Source of the DNA: Candidatus Zixiibacteriota bacterium
GTDB lineage: Bacteria; Zixibacteria; MSB-5A5; GN15; FEB-12
Direction of reading: 5' to 3'
Length of the DNA stretch: 26,158 nt
Assembly (NCBI GenBank): GCA_041742355.1
Contig: JBGSIV010000291.1
Coordinates: 1-26,158, forward strand
This document shows, one piece after another, positions 24,701 through 26,158 of the stretch. Within the stretch, counting starts at the first letter, position 1. Every line of letters starts with the position of its first letter. The notes under the pieces were generated by a model. It had not been told where the DNA came from, made no database searches, and worked only from the letters and a program-made list of their open reading frames with translations. Position numbers and translations under genes: made by a program.

Positions 24701-26158
24701 TGCCCGTCTCCAACTTCCCCGGCGCCCGCGCCCTCCGCGGCGAAACCGTCTCCCCCGGCATGGACTTCCTGTACACCACCCCCGACGGTTCCGAGCGCTG
24801 GTACCACCTCACTGCAGCTCCGTTGCGCGATGACGACAGCTCGGTCATCGGCGGCGTGGTAATCATACAGGACATCGACCGGCAGAAACGCGCCGAAAAT
24901 GCTCTCCGTGATTCCGAGGCCCGGTTCCGCCAACTCGCCGACTCCATGCCCCAGCTCGTCTGGACCGCCAACCCCGACGGCGTCGTGGACTACTACAACC
25001 AGCGCCACCTCGAATACGCCGGTATCGAACGGCAGCCCGAAGGCGCTTTCCAGTGGGCTCCCGTGCTCCACCCCAACGATGTCCCGCGCACGGTCGAGGC
25101 CTGGGAACGCGCCGTCCGCACCGGTCAAACCTATCAGATCGAACACCGCGTCCGCACGATCGACGGCCGCTACCGCTGGCTCCTCAGCCGCGGCGTCCCC
25201 GCCCGCGACGAGCAGGGGGATATCGTCAAGTGGTATGGCACTGCTACCGATATCGACAACGTCAAACTCGCCGAAGAGGCCCTCCGCGAATCCGAGGAAC
25301 GCTTCCGCACCCTGGCCGACAACATGTCCCAGTTTGCCTGGATGACCGACCGCAACGGCTGGATCCTCTGGTACAACCGCCGCTGGTACGACTACACCGG
25401 CACCACCTTCGATGACATGCAGGGCTGGGGCTGGCAGAAAGTCCACCACCCTGATCACATGGACCGAGTCGTCGGCCACTTCCGCCAGGCAATCGACGCC
25501 GGCGAACCGTGGGAAGACACCTTCCCCCTCCGCTCCAAGGACGGCGAGTACCGCTGGTTTCTCTCCCGCGCCCTGCCCATCCGCGACCAGTCCGGCAACA
25601 TCGTCCGCTGGTTCGGCACCAACACCGATATCACCGAGCAGCGCAGCATCCAGTCTGAACTGGAGCAGCGCACCGACGACCTCGCTTTGGTCAATGAGGA
25701 GCTCTCCCGCCTCCACCGGGAAACGCGCAAGATTCTCGAGAGTATCGCCGAGATGTACCTCCTCCTGCGCCGCGATGGCACCATTCTCGACATGAACCAC
25801 ATGGCCGAGCAGTACTCCTTCAGAGCTTCTCGCAAGGAAATGGAAGGAGAGCTGCTGTGGGACCTCATGGCCGACGACCAGGGACTCGCCACGTTCCGGC
25901 AGTACCACGATCAGGCCCTCGCCGAGAACAAGCCGGTCCACTTCGAGGCCTACTCGAGCATCCTCGACAAGTGGCTTGAGGTGCACGCGTACCCCTCGTC
26001 CGATGGGAGACTCGTCGCCATCTACTACCATGACATTACCGCGCGCAAACGGGCGCTCCTCGACCTTGAGGAACGCACCCGCGAACTCGAGGCCGCCAAC
26101 GACGACCTGCGCCGCCTCGGCGGCTTCCTCGCCCACGACTTGCGCGCCCCGCTGCGCA
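21778..26158 (+). CDS. Membrane-anchored multi-PAS sensor histidine kinase (DUF4118-like TM domain + 10 PAS + HisKA), truncated by window end
   Basis: Translated by hand in frame +1 and open from ATG 21778 (alternative ATG 21871) to the window end; not in the ORF track. Hydrophobic segments including AVVLAAWRGGFRPGLIA. Ten PAS/PAC units. Ends in H-box ELEAANDDLRRLGGFLAHDLRAPLR. Confidence 0.9.
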   Translation, partial: MANRTIHKASRPASTQTDSAPAWRGGRRINLMPFLTNGYTIAIIGPLLALGLWWLTRPVSGDVFPPMFFNIAVVLAAWRGGFRPGLIAVAFSVTLAAYFIYPPVGSFTMADSGQAILLALAALVGVFVAWIGGTALRAAKHAEDRADALRESERRYRTLYENQPVGLGTCDPAGRILSLNTAALEIHGFASAAEMPPAPEQYGRIFELQYIDGRVMPLDDWPVSRAMRGEYVVDYEVRLINLVNNQERIVSYTVTPLIENGRPARFLFVMQDLTERRQADQALRRTEDRYRSLFSSIDEGFCIIRVIFDDDQRPVDYVFLEMNPAFERQTGLVGAQGKRMRDLVPAHDEHWFTTYGAIAHTGQPARFEQRAEALGRWYDVYAFRIGDPRLNQVAVLFDDITARKAAEEVVRESETRLRLALRAATMDAFVFDPRSDRVRRSGSLWPLLGLEEEGAGTAYFEHIHPDDRDAFLSTVQSRTPADPAYTIEYRFRIPDGTWRWLADQAEMHFDPDGSPTYLNGVCSDITDRKLAEQSIRESKERHDLVSRATNDIIWDWDLISNRLEWNQAIEPVTGRNLADMPATIQSWYDHIHPDDYDRVTRDIHDAIDSGADSWSGEYRFGPIGGPWRTFFDRGLIARDAAGKAYRMVGSMFDITDRNRVEAALRESENRFRATFDNAAVGIAHVSLDGRWLRINDRYCAITGYSREELLARTFVEITHPDDLQADLDQIRRLLDGATDGYSLDKRYMRPEGFPIWVNLTRSLVRTPDGRPDYFIAVIEDITDRKNYQAELEFQKFALDQASIVAITDAHGTITYVNDKFVQISGYSRDELIGRNHRIINSGHHSREFFRDLYATIGKGQVWRGEIRNRRKNGTFYWVDATIVPALGATGKPERYVAIRTDITERKRAEEALRNSEALLAAVLQQSPLGIGVFDRDGRIITCNSGWTKLLGAVLPSRDPETVSKWRSWDSQGNPVPVSNFPGARALRGETVSPGMDFLYTTPDGSERWYHLTAAPLRDDDSSVIGGVVIIQDIDRQKRAENALRDSEARFRQLADSMPQLVWTANPDGVVDYYNQRHLEYAGIERQPEGAFQWAPVLHPNDVPRTVEAWERAVRTGQTYQIEHRVRTIDGRYRWLLSRGVPARDEQGDIVKWYGTATDIDNVKLAEEALRESEERFRTLADNMSQFAWMTDRNGWILWYNRRWYDYTGTTFDDMQGWGWQKVHHPDHMDRVVGHFRQAIDAGEPWEDTFPLRSKDGEYRWFLSRALPIRDQSGNIVRWFGTNTDITEQRSIQSELEQRTDDLALVNEELSRLHRETRKILESIAEMYLLLRRDGTILDMNHMAEQYSFRASRKEMEGELLWDLMADDQGLATFRQYHDQALAENKPVHFEAYSSILDKWLEVHAYPSSDGRLVAIYYHDITARKRALLDLEERTRELEAANDDLRRLGGFLAHDLRAPLR

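Noticed and set aside
16311..26136. Long minus-strand ORFs (482, 422, 572, 346, 400, 538 aa) and the 499-aa plus ORF 22772..24271
   Set aside because: Antisense or off-frame shadows of the two kinases, with no domain motifs.
1..26158. CRISPR array, tRNA/rRNA, transposase, integrase or prophage
   Set aside because: No regularly spaced short repeats with unique spacers, no cloverleaf and no mobility motifs seen; the direct repeats found are intragenic domain repeats.

Overview
High-GC bacterial chromosomal window with 13 protein-coding genes. I could not support any rRNA, tRNA, CRISPR array or transposase. A secreted protein ending in a duplicated dockerin-like 'SDLTYLVxYLF...GGPPP' module suggests candidate phylum Zixibacteria or a relative (inference only). 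The left third is a putative light/oxidative-stress island. A CarH/LitR-like MerR + B12-binding regulator heads an operon with a class II CPD photolyase and an SRPBCC protein. Divergently transcribed are a fasciclin protein and a secreted DUF4397-like tandem-repeat protein that runs off the left edge and is missing from the ORF track. Next come a SAM methyltransferase divergent from an ergothioneine egtB-egtD pair, a CPA2/Kef-type antiporter, a REP-like palindrome, tex and the dockerin-tailed secreted protein. The right 11 kb holds two giant tandem sensor kinases. The first is a 1977-aa PAS-GAF-HK-REC-8xPAS-HK dual kinase. The second is a >1460-aa membrane-anchored 10xPAS kinase, truncated by the right edge and missing from the ORF track, with an MmoS/NifL-like putative FAD-binding PAS domain.
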